A DNA stretch of 59,717 nucleotides, filler included, from Catajapyx aquilonaris (GCA_000934665.2; 4 parts of 4 records of this genome joined end to end with filler, not necessarily neighbours in it); one strand, 5' to 3'. Counted from the first letter of the whole stretch, positions 26,268 through 39,810 are shown. Notes: generated by a model from the sequence alone, not told the origin. Made by a program: numbers and translations.

Positions 26268-26608
26268 CAGTGTTCTCCCGATTATCCAGGCTAATGACTG
26301 CATGGATGTTGCCGGATAATCGAGAAATGGTCATCGTAAAAGAAAATAATACGCTATTCACAGGTTTTAAATGTACTATTGTATCTAGACTTCTAGAGAG
26401 AGTGTGCTGCTTGGTTGAATCAAATACAACTTATCATATATTTCACTTTGCCTTCTAGAAAAAGGCGAGTATATTTTTTCGTTGGCGAGACCTACTGACA
26501 GTGGGTGGAATTTTCGTCCCACTAAAGCAGTAATCTAGCCGTGGGACGATTCGACACATTTTTGATGACACACGGATATTCCACACCCGGATTATCGAGA
26601 GTACAGTG
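26268..26608. mobile_element. MITE family X, copy 1
   Basis: Imperfect TIR CA(C/G)TGT.CTCCCGATTATCC, same family as 27690-27998 and 38421-38820. Confidence 0.75.
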
Positions 26609-26953
26609 TATATACAAGAGTGTGCAGTGTACAGTACAGTACATGTAGTACAGTACGAGTAACGAGTAACAAATTGCATTTCCCCCCCCCCCCGTGCCGT
26701 GGTTTGAGGTTTATCCTGGCTGTTCAGGGCAATCCCGCTCACCTCTCTTGTACGGCAGGGAGGTCTAATATACAGGATACAATGTTCCGCACTTGTACTG
26801 CTCTGAGGTGCTGCAAGATCCGATTTTAATCAATGCCAAGGAGGCATAATGCCACTTTTAATTAATTACCGGGTACATGAATTACATGTACACTTTTCTT
26901 TTCCACTCCGGACCATCCACCGAAAATGGTTGAAAATACTGTTTGCGTATTAC

Positions 26954-27059
26954 GTACTATATCGCCCAAAAAGATAGAGACGATTTTGCATTTGACTCAA
27001 GTGCAACTTGCACTTGAATCAAATGCCAATCGTCTCTATCTTTTTGAGCGATATAGTAC
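26954..27059. repeat. ~106-bp near-perfect palindrome
   Basis: GTACTATATCGC.CAAAAAGATAGAGACGATT...AATCGTCTCTATCTTTTTG.GCGATATAGTAC with almost no loop. Confidence 0.9.
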
Positions 27060-27689
27060 ATATGGTGCGTGAATTACACCTAAAATTACCGACAAGAACA
27101 ATATTATTGACACGCGGGAAAGTCGCGATTTCCATCATCTGCATGCGGTGCTTATTTTTAGGCCGAATTATAGTAGCTTAGGTGCCGAAGAGTATTTCCA
27201 ACTCATTTCATGCTACGTACAACATAAGACTTAGGCATCATCTTCCAATGCATAAGTAACACTCACGTGTTAAAAGTGTCCTGATGGCATTGTCCTCTTC
27301 CTATAATAAAAATGGTATTTCATTCGCGAATATCCGCGGAAGTGTGTCCTTGTCCAACCGATCCTACAAGACTGTATCTCTCAACATTTGCACTGAGCCA
27401 ATCCTGAGGTGGAAATAAATTTCTGATATATGCACGTGCACTGCAATGGCAATGTGCAGCTATATTATTGGTCGCGCCGTTTAAAAAAGACGGTCGTAAT
27501 TCATCCGAATCAATATCCAAGTGCCGAACACCGCATTGCAATGTATGGAAACGCAACTTGCACAAAATGATTCGCTTCAAACAGTATATAATATTATAAG
27601 GCGAGATTTGATTGTTCATACGCTGCGTAATTGACAGGGGAAATAAATCCTACACTCTAGTCTTGTTGCCTGTCTACATTATTTATTTA

Positions 27690-27998
27690 CACTTATACTC
27701 CCGATTATCCGGGTGCGGGGTATCACTGCATCGCCACAGCAAAACAAAATCGAAAAGAGTCCGAAAAAAATAGTGTCCATTTGTCTCGCAAACTAAGAAA
27801 TATAAAATATATTTTCCAGAAGACAAACTAAAAATCTGTGGTACCATTGGTACGTAAGTTTTCACATTTTGACTAAACCTCATTTAAAGCACCATGTACC
27901 AAACCATGTACTAACGTAAGTTATGTATCGAAAGATCCTATTATCCGGCGACACCCTTGCAGTCGTGATCAGCCCGGATAATCGGGAGTACTCCAGTG
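27690..27998. mobile_element. MITE family X, copy 2
   Basis: TACTCCCGATTATCCGGG...CCCGGATAATCGGGAGTA inverted ends with TA flanks. Confidence 0.7.
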
Positions 27999-28052
27999 TA
28001 TTTAGTTGTTTGTTTGTTTGTTTTAGGCCCCGTGATCAGATGCCTGCGCAGT

Positions 28053-28088
<36 letters not shown>

Positions 28089-29227
28089 TTATTATTCAGT
28101 TTTCGTAAGATTTACTTTTATTCCGCATGGTTTGATTGCTGTATGTCATCATCGTAAGGAAAGTAGGCAATACTTTGCAAGCTCACATATAGTAGCTATA
28201 CACTGTTACAGGTGCACATTTCGGTACCGCCTGCACTTAGACTCGCTTCGGGAAGGTTACTGTAATCCATCAATGTTAACAAGGCAGGCCGACCCAATCA
28301 AATATTTATTAATTCCGAGTGCGGAAGGCCAGCATTTACGTATCTTTAGAGGCCTTAGCCGAGGTGGACATACGATGCATTACCGGTACTATAAAATGAT
28401 AGCCTCAGCATAACCCGCGCGATTTAAACCCCCCTCCCCGCGTGACATTGTAATTTGATCGTGTTTTAATCCCCCCCATGTCTGGCCTGGCCCGACTCTC
28501 ATATCCTCCGAATGCCAGAAAAAACCAAACTTGGCGCTCCCCCATCTTTTCATCCCCCTCCCTTCTCCACACACAACACCCCCGAGTGTTTTTTTATATA
28601 TAAAAAGGGAGGAGACATCATACATACTAGGAGAGGAGGGCAACTACCCCCCTCCACAACCCTCAAGATTTTCTCTCTTTTCCAACCTTCCCCCCCTATA
28701 CCAACCATCCCCCCCTTTTTTTTCGCAGGCCATCCACCCTTATGATGAAAAAGACCCGCCCTTTTAGCAGCCGAAATAATACAACACACACACACACAGA
28801 GAGAGACACACAGAGTCCCCCAACCCTCCCGAGACGTACCCGAGACAACCCCTGGAGAGAGAAGCCTCCTCCTGGATATTGTTCAGGGGGCCACTGGGTT
28901 CCTCTTCTCCTTGCCCCCCCAACCCGGAAAATACAGAAGCCCCACCCGCCCGGATTTTTCCCAGAGACACCCCCGTCGGACCCCTTTTCCACTACCCGAC
29001 AGATGCGCACTTTTTCCACTGACCATTCTCTCTCTCTCTCAGAAAGAGGTGGTGGGGGTGGGGGGTTAGAGAGGGAGGGGGTGGGATGTCAGTGGGTGGG
29101 GAGGGGAGGGGGGCTGTGCTCTTTATTCGGTTCGGTCTCGTTCCTTGCGGTACTAGAAGGAACGCGATGTTGCAATAATTATTGTGGGGTGAATTCTGGC
29201 AACAGTGTGGCGCGGGGCTCTCGAAAA

Positions 29228-29365
29228 AAATGGGTATGAAATATATGGAAAATGGGTACGAAATTGATAGCAAATGGATAAGAAATGGGTGCGAAATGGG
29301 TACGAATTGGATAAGAACTTGATAAAAAAAAGGGTACGAAACGGGTACAAAATGGGTATGAAATT
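29228..29365. repeat. ~11-bp degenerate tandem repeat (AAATGGGTACG-like)
   Basis: About a dozen diverged units; possibly subterminal repeats of a DNA transposon. Confidence 0.7.
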
Positions 29366-29759
29366 ATAAGCCAATATTTTCCAACAACGTACTCCTCTCT
29401 TTTTTATTCCTGAAGAAAATGTTTTTTTTTTTTTTTTTACAAAGCACGATAACCACTGTGAACGGATCTATAGCTACAGAGGCGAATACACAACGAGCCA
29501 CCTGAATTAACAAGCGTTAGGAAATGATAACATTAGTTACATAGTGAAGCTGCGTAAAGAATAAACCTGCTGCCAACTAAATGACACTGATCGTTTCAGC
29601 CTGAAGCGCAAGTTAACCGTTTATTACAACAGTTTTTGAAAACATGTGGCACATAGATTTGAAAACCTCTTTTTTGGAACTAAAAATGCATGTTATTGCA
29701 CAGAGCTTTCACCTATCTCTCGTTTACAAAATCGGCTACTCCAGGTATAAATAATCAAG

Positions 29760-29859
29760 NNNNNNNNNNNNNNNNNNNNNNNNNNNNNNNNNNNNNNNNN
29801 NNNTTAATTAATTAANNNNNNNNNNNNNNNNNNNNNNNNNNNNNNNNNNNNNNNNNNNN
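29760..29859. other. Artificial linker N44-TTAATTAATTAA-N44
   Basis: Same 100-bp spacer. Confidence 0.97.
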
Positions 29860-32800
29860 CTCCTCAGCCGAGGAGCCCTGGACACTGGTCGCCATGTCCG
29901 CAGAGTAGTCGTATACGTAGGCCTTTCCGGGTTCATAGTTGAATTTGCTCGTGTCTACGAATAGTGAACAGCAACAATAAGATAATTATAGCTGCAACAC
30001 TAGAATGCATTAAAAAGCTGCAATATCCATCAGTGAAATTAAATGGTATATGGTCTACATTATTTGTAGTGCATTCGTGTACATTTCTTCTATGCAATAT
30101 TAGGCATCATAACGAGCTACTTTTCCAAGCCTGTTTAAGTGAAGTTTAAAACTATTCCTTACCTTTGCAGTATGCAGTGCATTGGCTGGCAAGCCTCAAT
30201 CCCGTGGGACCTGCAAGTGATTAGAAGAAAAAGAGGTGATAAACTTGTTTACTTCGGTTTACAAATTGGTCCACCTTTAAAGATGAACTTTGAATCTTTG
30301 ATCCACATTTTTATGTGCTCTAGTGTTTGATAATCCCCATGTTTATTTATGTTGTTACTTCATAACTGATATGGCTATAAGGTCATGTACAAGTTATAGT
30401 TGCCATAGTCCGTTTTGGCTCCATGTCAACTGTGATGACGCTAACATGCAAATGTGACGTTCAATGAGAGTGTTACCAAATGTTTAGTTGTACAGTGCTC
30501 AGCAACACAATTTGGTATTGTAAATAATGTGCAGCAGTACAGTGCAGTGGCCTGATCTGCGTCACTAAAAATACTTGCCACCTTAATCTGTTACCTTCAT
30601 TATACACCCTGAACTACATACATCCATCAACGATATCTTTCAATCCTGCTAGGTGCTGCGTGCCAAGTTAAATCTTTAACAGGTCACTTAACCTGTGTCA
30701 TATTTTAATCTCTCTGATTAGTACAGGTTGGAGGGTACAAAATGTGATGCAGGGATATGTCCTGTACAGAGGTTATATGAGAGTGATGAAGCTCAGCTCA
30801 GCATGCGAAGAAATCTATGCAAACTATTTGCCAAAATAATTGTCTAATGAATTCTGCGAGTGTTATTCTGTACAAGTGTGATGTTTTTCTGGCACATTCA
30901 ATGTGAGGAGTCATTGCAATGTCTAAAGTTCAAAATCGTTCTTAGGAGAGTCTCAGAGGATAAGATAAACACTTGACACGAGTCCTTATACTTTGCCCCA
31001 TGTTCCATAGTGCAAGAAAACACTTCTTGCTTGAAGGCTACATTCTACGTAATTACTTCCCCATGACAACAAGGCTCGAAGATCACGTAACATCGTATAA
31101 CTGCATATTTTCTCCCAACAACAAATAAATCCAATACGGAGCTCATGCAATTATTAACCGGTGATGAATAAATTATGCTGCATGTTAGTCTCTGGTAGCA
31201 TGATTGTGACAGAAAGTGATATCGGCGATGAGTCGCTCTGTACAGCAATATATTGTCATTCCCCAAATAATTTGAGATTTTGATTCTAAAAATGGATTTC
31301 TCATGAGCATGAATCATCGTTATTTTTTAAAATCTATTTCTATAGCCTGTCCTGTAGCATTCCCCATATACTAACACACGGTCAATGATCATCTGGTTTT
31401 GCAACATCAAAAGTAATATATTGGAAGCGTGTGTGCTCGTAAAATTGTCATCATAACAATTTACTGTGGAGATTGTCCTTTCGCACTTCTATCAGTGTGC
31501 AATATCATTATCTGCATTTATTTGCGAACCAAAAATATTTCACCCTCCCACGCCATTTTTTTCTACCTTGTATGACTTGAGCCCGCTTTCTACTGGGTCA
31601 TTAAATTATGTAGGATTTATAACATGCAGGTTGAATATTGGATATGTATTTTATAACGTGGTTTTTTAAAATTCATATAGCAATGAACTGCTCTAATTAT
31701 TCTCTGATGACAAGCTTGCATAATATCACTGGGGTGGGGCATAATAACACATTTCTTTCTAACAGATGAGCATTTTAAAAACTTGTGCTGCTTAGGTGCA
31801 GCGCTATATATGATGAAGTTCATTTTACGTATAGACAATTTTTAACGAGATAATTCAGAAATAATTGCTGAGAATGGAAAATTACAGATTCATACTCCTG
31901 CATATAATTTCAAATTATGAAAAGAAAATCAGATTCCATTCTACGTAAACTTCTCAGAAGCAGTTTATTTCCAACCTCTCTTACTTTTTCAACATCAACC
32001 TGCTCAACAGTCACATGGTGCTACTCTCAGTGATGTATTGGACAAATTGTTTAAACTAATTTATCTATCTATAGATATCTGCGCCCTTCCAGGAACACTC
32101 TGTTCCATATACCTGAAGAGATATTTTCAATGTCTGGTGGTCATTTGGGCCAAATCACACTACAATATCACGAGCAGAACAACAATACATTTCCAAACCA
32201 ATTCCCCAATTTTGTAAAGTGCTTTCTAGGTTCAGAAATAAATAATGTTGCGCAGATTGCAAAAAAAAAAGCAACCAAAGCGAGTGACTCTTAAAAACCA
32301 TGTTGTGAAATAACATAGCTATTGATCAGTTCACTTTTAATTAACAGTCGACTAATCACAATAATATATTGCAACCCCAATCAACTAGGGATCCCCGAAA
32401 TTAAGTGTCGTGAAGACAGAAAGCACAGTGTTCTTTCGTTCAACGTATAAAGAATGAAGATTTTGAATGCAATGCGGGAGTGAAAATCCCTTGCTTCTAG
32501 TCCAGGTTATCGCAACAATGAATAAGCTTTTCGTGTATTTTTCTGGCGGTACTGACACAAACATGTTAAATAGTTGAGCTTTTCTTGCACAAATAATGTA
32601 GCTGCGAGTTGTTTCAGGAGAAAATTCATTTCCAGGCCAATCCATAAAACACGCCCTACTCCCTATGTACGTAATTAATATTCAATAGCAGCTGGATCTG
32701 AATCATTTTCTGACACATTTGAAACGATGCTGTAATGTCAGTAGTTAGACGGACATCATAAGTTGAGCATTCAGTCCATTAAGAGTTCAATGGTCCAATT

Positions 32801-32957
32801 CAATGGCTTACACCCCCACCAAAGTGAGCCTGCTATGATATGCCCATACAAAAATCACACAGGTTATTATAAGCAAATACGTATATAATTATGCGAACTG
32901 ACCTGCTAAAGAGGCTGCCACCAGGGTCGTGACCCAAAGTGCTGTGTAGAGGCGCAT
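29860..32957 (-). CDS. 5' part of a large lipid transfer protein gene (apolipophorin/apoLTP/vitellogenin-N family), cut off at the contig edge
   Basis: Exon 32957-32903 gives signal peptide MRLYTALWVTTLVAASLA, exon 30210-30163 gives GPTGLRLASQCTAYCK, exon 29954-29860 gives DTSKFNYEPGKAYVYDYSADMATSVQGSSAEE. Both introns are phase 1, GT-AG. The Y.PG..Y.Y.Y pattern is typical of the LLT domain start. Not in the ORF track. Confidence 0.8.
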
Positions 32958-33065
32958 GGGGCCTCTCTTTTTGGTGTCGTGCGTCACTAAAATTCTCTTG
33001 TGTCAGTGGACTGGTTTTCTTGGTATAGCAGCCAGCCCACTCGTCTATCTTTCTTGCTTTCGGAA

Positions 33066-33100
33066 AACTGAGGTCTTTCCAGCAATCCTGGCCTTTTATA
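33066..33100 (-). promoter_or_regulatory. TATA box plus arthropod Inr core promoter of the lipid transfer gene
   Basis: Minus-strand TATAAAA (33100-33094) and TCAGTT (33071-33066). The first T of TATA is 31 nt upstream of the Inr A (33069), which is 112 nt upstream of the ATG. Confidence 0.8.
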
Positions 33101-36100
33101 CCCCCTGATGAAATCCAGAAAAGGGGGTTGTCCAGAGGGTGGGGGGTGAGGTGCACATCAGATTACACCCTAGCAAATACTTCAAAGTTCGACGGACTTT
33201 GATCAGAATCGCAATACTATCTGTCAGCAAAGATACGACGGGAGAAGCAAGAGGGGTTGCCTGCCTGCCCTCCTGTAGTGTGTACCACGACGACACAAGT
33301 GGGAAGAAGAGATTATCGCCATCCGCACTTGGCACTTTTGATCGGACCTTGTGAAGGAGCCAGCACTTTTCATTTTGACCCTTATTCTGATGAATGAGTC
33401 AATTACTCTGTGCTTCACCTGCTGCCAATGCCTCGCTGATAGTCACTGATTGAAGAGATGGCGTAACCAAGGATTTTATCTAATAGGCCCATTACATAAT
33501 AATACTAACCAAGATATTCTTTGATCATGTCTAATAATATGCATATACAGGTATCACGTGTGACAAAGCATCCCTCTCAGGTCAAATAATACACTCGTTC
33601 TGAATATTATTTTGGCAAAACTAATGTGCAATATGCCAATAATTATGGAGCCAGTCCAATAAGAGAACCACATGCTGGTATGGACTGGTGTGTATTATTT
33701 CCCTGGCCATCTCTCTGTTGTACCATTATTTCTGGTCTGTTACCTTGGATCATACACTGTCACATGCTTTCTCCACCATTTCTTCCACCCAATCCTTCCC
33801 CTCCATCATGGCGTATTCAGGGGCTGATTAAAGTTGACCCACCCAGGTCATTGGGCCACTTTTACAGGCAAATGTAGGCAAATCATCTTGGCACGTTCTA
33901 TAGTTCACTGCACTTTGCTTGCTCTATAAATATCCCAAGTACATGATTGTGGCAATGATCATAAGCCTCAAGTTCGCTCGTGTTACCATATACACTGATA
34001 TAAAATAGCCCACTGCAGTAGTCTTTTGTGCAGCTAATACAAAAATGTGCTTAGTGCTGGAGCAATCACAACTACTTTTGCAAGCATCTGAATCCCCAAC
34101 TTTTAAACTTCAGTGGCGAAGACATCATATGTCTCACCTACACAACACGAGTCATCCAAAATGAAGCACATAAGAGACCTGCATTTTCAGATCAATTTTC
34201 AGACCACAATGAGCAAGGTTATATTATATTGTAGTAAGAAAGTTATTGCTAGCACCTTAGGCTATATCACCAATCACACAAGGGATTTATTGCAGTGTGC
34301 TTCTGGGTGACAATACTTTGTGTATTTTGTATATTTTTCTTTTATTGTGAGTAGCTTGCAACTTCCATTATTTTGATTGGTTAATTAACATTAACTTCCC
34401 CCGACACCTCCAGTGCATATCTTGTATTGAGAGCTGTGAGAGAGCCCATAGTATGAGGAACTTATTATTTCCGTTAGTAAATAGGTTCAGCATATCTGAC
34501 AGTGATGGGTGCTGTTGCTGGAAGCCAGAGTTTTGAAGCAAGAGACCTCAGATTTATAATGGTGGTTGGTCAAGGTATGGCGATGTGCAAGGTCAGGGAG
34601 GGAAACCTTCTCATTAGTCAATAAATTAATGAACTACTATTTTTTAAAATCCCATATCCATTCCAACAACCAAGCTTTGGAATTCAATTGCTTCATTGCC
34701 CAACAATTGTGGTAATGTAGTGTACCAGTAGTACTGTGCGTAGCAACAGGGGTGTTGGAGATATAGTTATGATAAGCACCACAATACACACATTACACCC
34801 AGGCAATGCCAGGTATAACCTGCTTGTGTGTAACTAAAACCTGTGTCTAGAGGCTGCAACTACTATGTAAACACACATGAGTGCATCGGGATAAAAGATG
34901 ATGACATTGCGCACACCAGTTGAATTTCGCAAAATATCATGCAGGTATATAGTAGGTACATGCTGCTACAGGGGGAAATAAATGCTTAGCCATGCTCGCA
35001 TTGTGCTTTGACTTCCATGCAGTTATCATAAGGGCAAAGCTTAGATTACAATGCTGAATCACATGTTATCAAAAGCTACACCCAGTACCTGTGCAGCGTA
35101 GGTCAATATTTCGCAACATCTGCTCCACGCGTCGCATTTGGTGGGTGGTATAGGGTCTTGCAAATATCAATGATAATAATATTCAGAATAACTTGTCTCG
35201 CTCTAAAATAGATCTTAATCCTGTCATAATGTATTTTCACTTTAACAGTGAAGGCATGAACAGGGGGGGGGNGGGGAGGGGGGGGGGAATGGCATCCTGG
35301 TCGACTCTTGCACTGTTTGCCTCTCCATCAGGGCGATGTGAAATGGAAAAAGTGCAAGAATATAATAATAATGTTGTTTATTATACATTGTACGCGAGAT
35401 GTAGGGCCTACTAGATATGCTTTCTCATAATTTATTGCTGCTGTCTCATGTTGCTAAATAGAATTAATTATGCATCCGAACAAATACAAATACTTATTCG
35501 TGTACAGCTGACAACGGTTCCTCACTGACAGTATTTAATTAACTTCATGACATGATTCCTGGCTTGGCTTTGTTGTTGGGCAATATCCATTACACAATTC
35601 TTGTTGCCAAATAAAATGCACAATCAATACTTGGCAAGCATAATAGATTCCCCCTCTGTGCTTAACCCAACTGACTTTGTACCAAAAGGCAACAACTGAA
35701 CCTAATATGTCACGTGTGAGATAATGTTCAGGACAGAGTGCAACTGATAAAAATGTGATTTTTTTGTACTAATCAGGAAGTATCGCAATAAGAAAATCAT
35801 TTTCCTGAAACCTCTTTTCCATATGGCAGATGGTAACTAAATGAAAAATTCACTAAATATGTAAAAATGGAGTCTATGCTCATAATAAAGCAGGTTCCAA
35901 CAGGAAGATAGTGTAAGAGACATGGGCAGGAAAAATCCGGAGAAAAGAAGACTAGTCCTGTCTCTGCAATAAGCTCATTTCGGTTTTTCATTTTGTTCAA
36001 ACTTATGAAAGACAATAAAGCAATATTGGTCTTTAACAACTTGATAAGCCCACATCTGTTTTAGCCAAGAGCTACTTATAATTTGCTGTGCCTAATCTCA

Positions 36101-37299
36101 CACTATGTCACACATTAATATAAATAAGTGCACCTACAGTTAAGTCCAGTTTGATGGCTGACCTTCACAGCGCTTTGTGTGTGTACATACAAATTAATTA
36201 TAAATTGTATCTACTCGTACAAAGCATTCTGATGGATGTAATAATTTCTATTGACTTTTTCATTAAGCTTCTTGCTATCGCTTGGCCTGCCAGCTTGCCA
36301 TGTAGGTCAGTTAAAGATATAGCTAAGCAGATGTGGTTTAGGCTGCTGTCTTTCAGCTCTGAGATATTGAGTTTGAGTGAAGGCTTTTTCTTGTGGGAAC
36401 AGTTTCAATGGGTTCCTTCCATACTCTCAGTTTTATTGGGGTTCCTTGCACTCTCCGAAACATGATGGCCACAGCTGCTTCCAGCTCGTGCCCTTCCCAC
36501 CCTCTGCTCCCTCACCCACGGCTCTTGACCTTAGATGTCACATTCCCTCAGGGACATCAAACCAAAACAATAATGATTAATTATGTAATGTGCATGATAA
36601 TCCAAGTGATAATCTCATACCCTTTCCACTTAAGTGACTCTTTCTTCACAATTCCCAATCTGATTGGCAGCTTTGGGAGGATTTCTTGATAGAATACATT
36701 TTATCCACAAGGACACCTTGTTGCTTTTGTCATGCCAGTGAGCTATGAGAATATATAGATGATACAACCCAATAGCTTATCAAACACCTGCCTTCAACTA
36801 CCATAACAGCATTAAGATATTCCTGATCAGTGAAAAGGATATCACATATTGTAAACATGTTTACAGATTTGTGCCAGTAGTAATGTGTTACACATGTAAT
36901 CCATCCCTTCAGAGAAAAAAATGTTACAACAATTGGGCGATACAGCTCAACTTATTCAGCATTACTTTTCAAAATCTATAATATTAGGCGTATTCGGCAA
37001 TTCAGATTATTCTGAGATGCGTCACGTGATATCTGAGTTGTTAGCCCTGCCCCTCAGAAGATTATTGCCGAACGGCCGAACTGAGAGACCCCCCTACCCG
37101 CCATTTGTGCTGCATCCCAGTGATATGCCAATGTTCGGGTATTTTGGTGCCGTATTTCGGACGCTGGCGGGTAATGGCGCGGGTAAAATAAAAATGCGGG
37201 TAAAATCGGGTATTTTCAGGTCCTCTCGCGGGGTTTTTGGTCATTTTGCATTGGCAACACTGCTGCATCCATAACAATAATTTGTTTGTTAATTGTTTC

Positions 37300-38100
37300 T
37301 CAGCAAGTAAGTGAGGTCAGGAGTACACTAAGTTCCTGAGCTTGGGAAGTCAGATAGGGCGCATGCGCACTTACTTCAGGGGGCGTGGCACCTGATTTGC
37401 CGAACATCCAAACAGCCCAGGAAGTCAGATTCCTGAATTGCCGAATACCCCTATTGAAATGCTTGCGGACGGCCGCCGAGCCCTCTGATTGGTCCGCCCC
37501 CGCATTGTTGCCGCCACCTCCTCCCATTGGCCCCCCGTCCATTGTTGCTGCGTCGTATCCATGACGCACTGTTACCACGACGCCTCCGATTGGCCCCCGT
37601 TCCGAGCATGCGCAATGGGTGGGAGAACGCCTCAGTCGCTTGCTGGACGTCAACGAGGACGCATCGCATTCTCCTCTCCCGTGAAGACCCCTCATCTACC
37701 CTTCCACCTACCCATCTACCCACGTCTTATTCACGGTGACCTCACAATAACATAGGAGGGGGAAAATAATGGAAGCCGTAAACAAGCCGAACACTGGACT
37801 ACGGTCGATCGTTGTTTTAATATCAGTGCAGTGGTGCCAAACTGCCAACTCCGTGGACGTTTGTAATGAAGCAAAATATAATTTCAGTTTTTTAACCTTT
37901 TGACGACGGAGTTTCTGAGCCATTGCCTTACCCCAGGGTCTGAGTTCTAGGCCGCCGCCGTCATCGTCACGCCGGACCTTTTTCCCTTCCCCACCTACCA
38001 TACCAGCCTGTCCCCCCTTCGCCGCGGGTCACTGGTGGTTATTGAAAAATGGCCGTAGGCACTGGTGGAGACGGGTGGAGAATAATGTAAGTTCGAAATT
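37300..38100. promoter_or_regulatory. CpG/GC-rich promoter-like island
   Basis: GCGCATGCGCA (~37359), three ATTGG/CCAAT boxes (37488-37593), GC boxes, YY1-like AAAATGGC (~38046), and GTAAGT donors on both strands. Confidence 0.55.
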
Positions 38101-38420
38101 CGAAATTTACCATTGCTGATCGGGCTGCTTAGGAACTACGTGCGTAGGCCTACCCATGCGCGGTGCTTTCACAGATGGGAAGTACAGTGCACTGTCTTCG
38201 AGGCACTTCTTTCAGTGTATAGTGTCGGAAACTGACTACCGTCGAATGCGTAGAATCGAACGTAAGAAGCCGGGTTGCCAATCTCACGCGTTCGAATTAT
38301 TAGCCTGGAACGTACCATATTGTTGGATTTCCAGACAGCCAACTGGCAGGTTGTTTATTTATACAGTCAGTGAAGGTCATTGAGTTGGCACAACTGGCAA
38401 CCAACAATAGAATCCTATTA

Positions 38421-38820
38421 CACTGTACTCCCGATTATCAGGGTGCGGATAATACGTGCATCGCCATAATATAAACATTTACGTCCGAAAAAATGTCTCG
38501 AATTTTTGTCCCACTGCTAGATAGTGCATACTGATAACTCAACAGTGGTACGGAAATTCCACCCAATATCAATATCAATGTCTCACCAACGAAAAAATAT
38601 ATGCCATACTTTCTCTAAAAGGCAAAGTAAAAAAATAATCTATGGTAAGTTTTATTTTTTGGATTAACCAAGCAAGCAGCATGCTCTTTGTACAGTAGTA
38701 CATCAACAACCTGTGAATAGCTCCCTTTCCAGGATCATTTTCCGATTATCCGTGTTTCTCCATTATTATCTGGCAACACCCGTGCAGTCATTAGCTTGGA
38801 TAATAATCGGGAGTACAGTG
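38421..38820. mobile_element. MITE family X, copy 3
   Basis: CACTGTACTCCCGATTAT...ATAATCGGGAGTACAGTG with TA TSD. Confidence 0.85.
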
Positions 38821-39483
38821 TACCTATGTGTACAGACTGTAGGGTCTCCCAGCTGTATTGTTGCATAAACACTGGGTAAGCTCGGTTCGCCACCTTGAAT
38901 CGCACCCATCATTGGAACCACAGATGGGAACTGTATTTTCAAATTGCGCACCCTTAACCCTTTCACAAGTTTTTGGCAGGTTTTTGGGCCTTCCTTCTTT
39001 TTGTTCAAAATTCTATGTAGGAGTGATATTAATGAATAACAACTTTGCGCCAAAATTAATCATTTAAATTCGTGGTGGTCCTTTNAGCTCGGTTCGCCAC
39101 CTTGAATCGCACCCATCATTGGAACCACAGATGGGAACTGTATTTTCAAATTGCGCACCCTTAACCCTTTCGCAAGTTTTTGGAAGGTTTTTGGGCCTTC
39201 CTTCTTTTTGTTCAAAATTCCATGTAGGAGTGATATTAATGAATAACAACTTTGCGCCAAAATTAATCATTTAAATTCGTGGCGGTCCTTTTGATTGTAA
39301 AATGCCGGAGAAAAATTCATATACAGGGTGTCCCGCATAATAAACTTTTCCGAATCGTCCGGCTCTCAGAAAGTCGATAGGCCAAGGTTACTCAGTGACT
39401 GTGGTACATTGTTCTTATGGTTACATAATTACCACAACACTGTACTATGATAAACTCCCAAGGGTCGGGGAGGTGTAGATGAC

Positions 39484-39810
39484 AGTGATCGGCGAGATGG
39501 TAACGTCTAGGCTTGCTGAGTGAAAGGCCCCAGGTTCGATCCCCGCCTGGGGAACTTTCACCTGCGTCAGGAGGGTCTCTCACCTGCACCTTGGAGGTGT
39601 CTAGCAACCTAACCTCCTGGGGAACAGCACATGACCCCTTTACAGATCTTGCACTTGCACCAATGTTCCCTCCCCAAAAATCCCTACCCCTACCCTACAT
39701 CCTTGACTCCTTGCACTGGATATTGAAGTTAAAATCTAGGAAAATGGAGTGAAATGGTGGTATTCCACCCCCTAAAAAGGCTCCGCCTTATCACGGGGTA
39801 ACTTAAAAAA
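39484..39810 (+). mobile_element. tRNA-derived SINE family Y, copy 1
   Basis: GAGATGGTAACGTCT...GGTTCGATCCCCGCCTGGG head; body shared with the copy at 55587-55920. Boundaries approximate. Confidence 0.8.

Noticed and set aside
29228..29365. CRISPR-like array
   Set aside because: Contiguous degenerate ~11-mers without unique spacers, eukaryotic context, and no cas genes.
38879..39291. ~206-bp tandem duplication
   Set aside because: The two nearly identical copies are separated by a single N (39085), typical of unmerged contig overlap or haplotypes.
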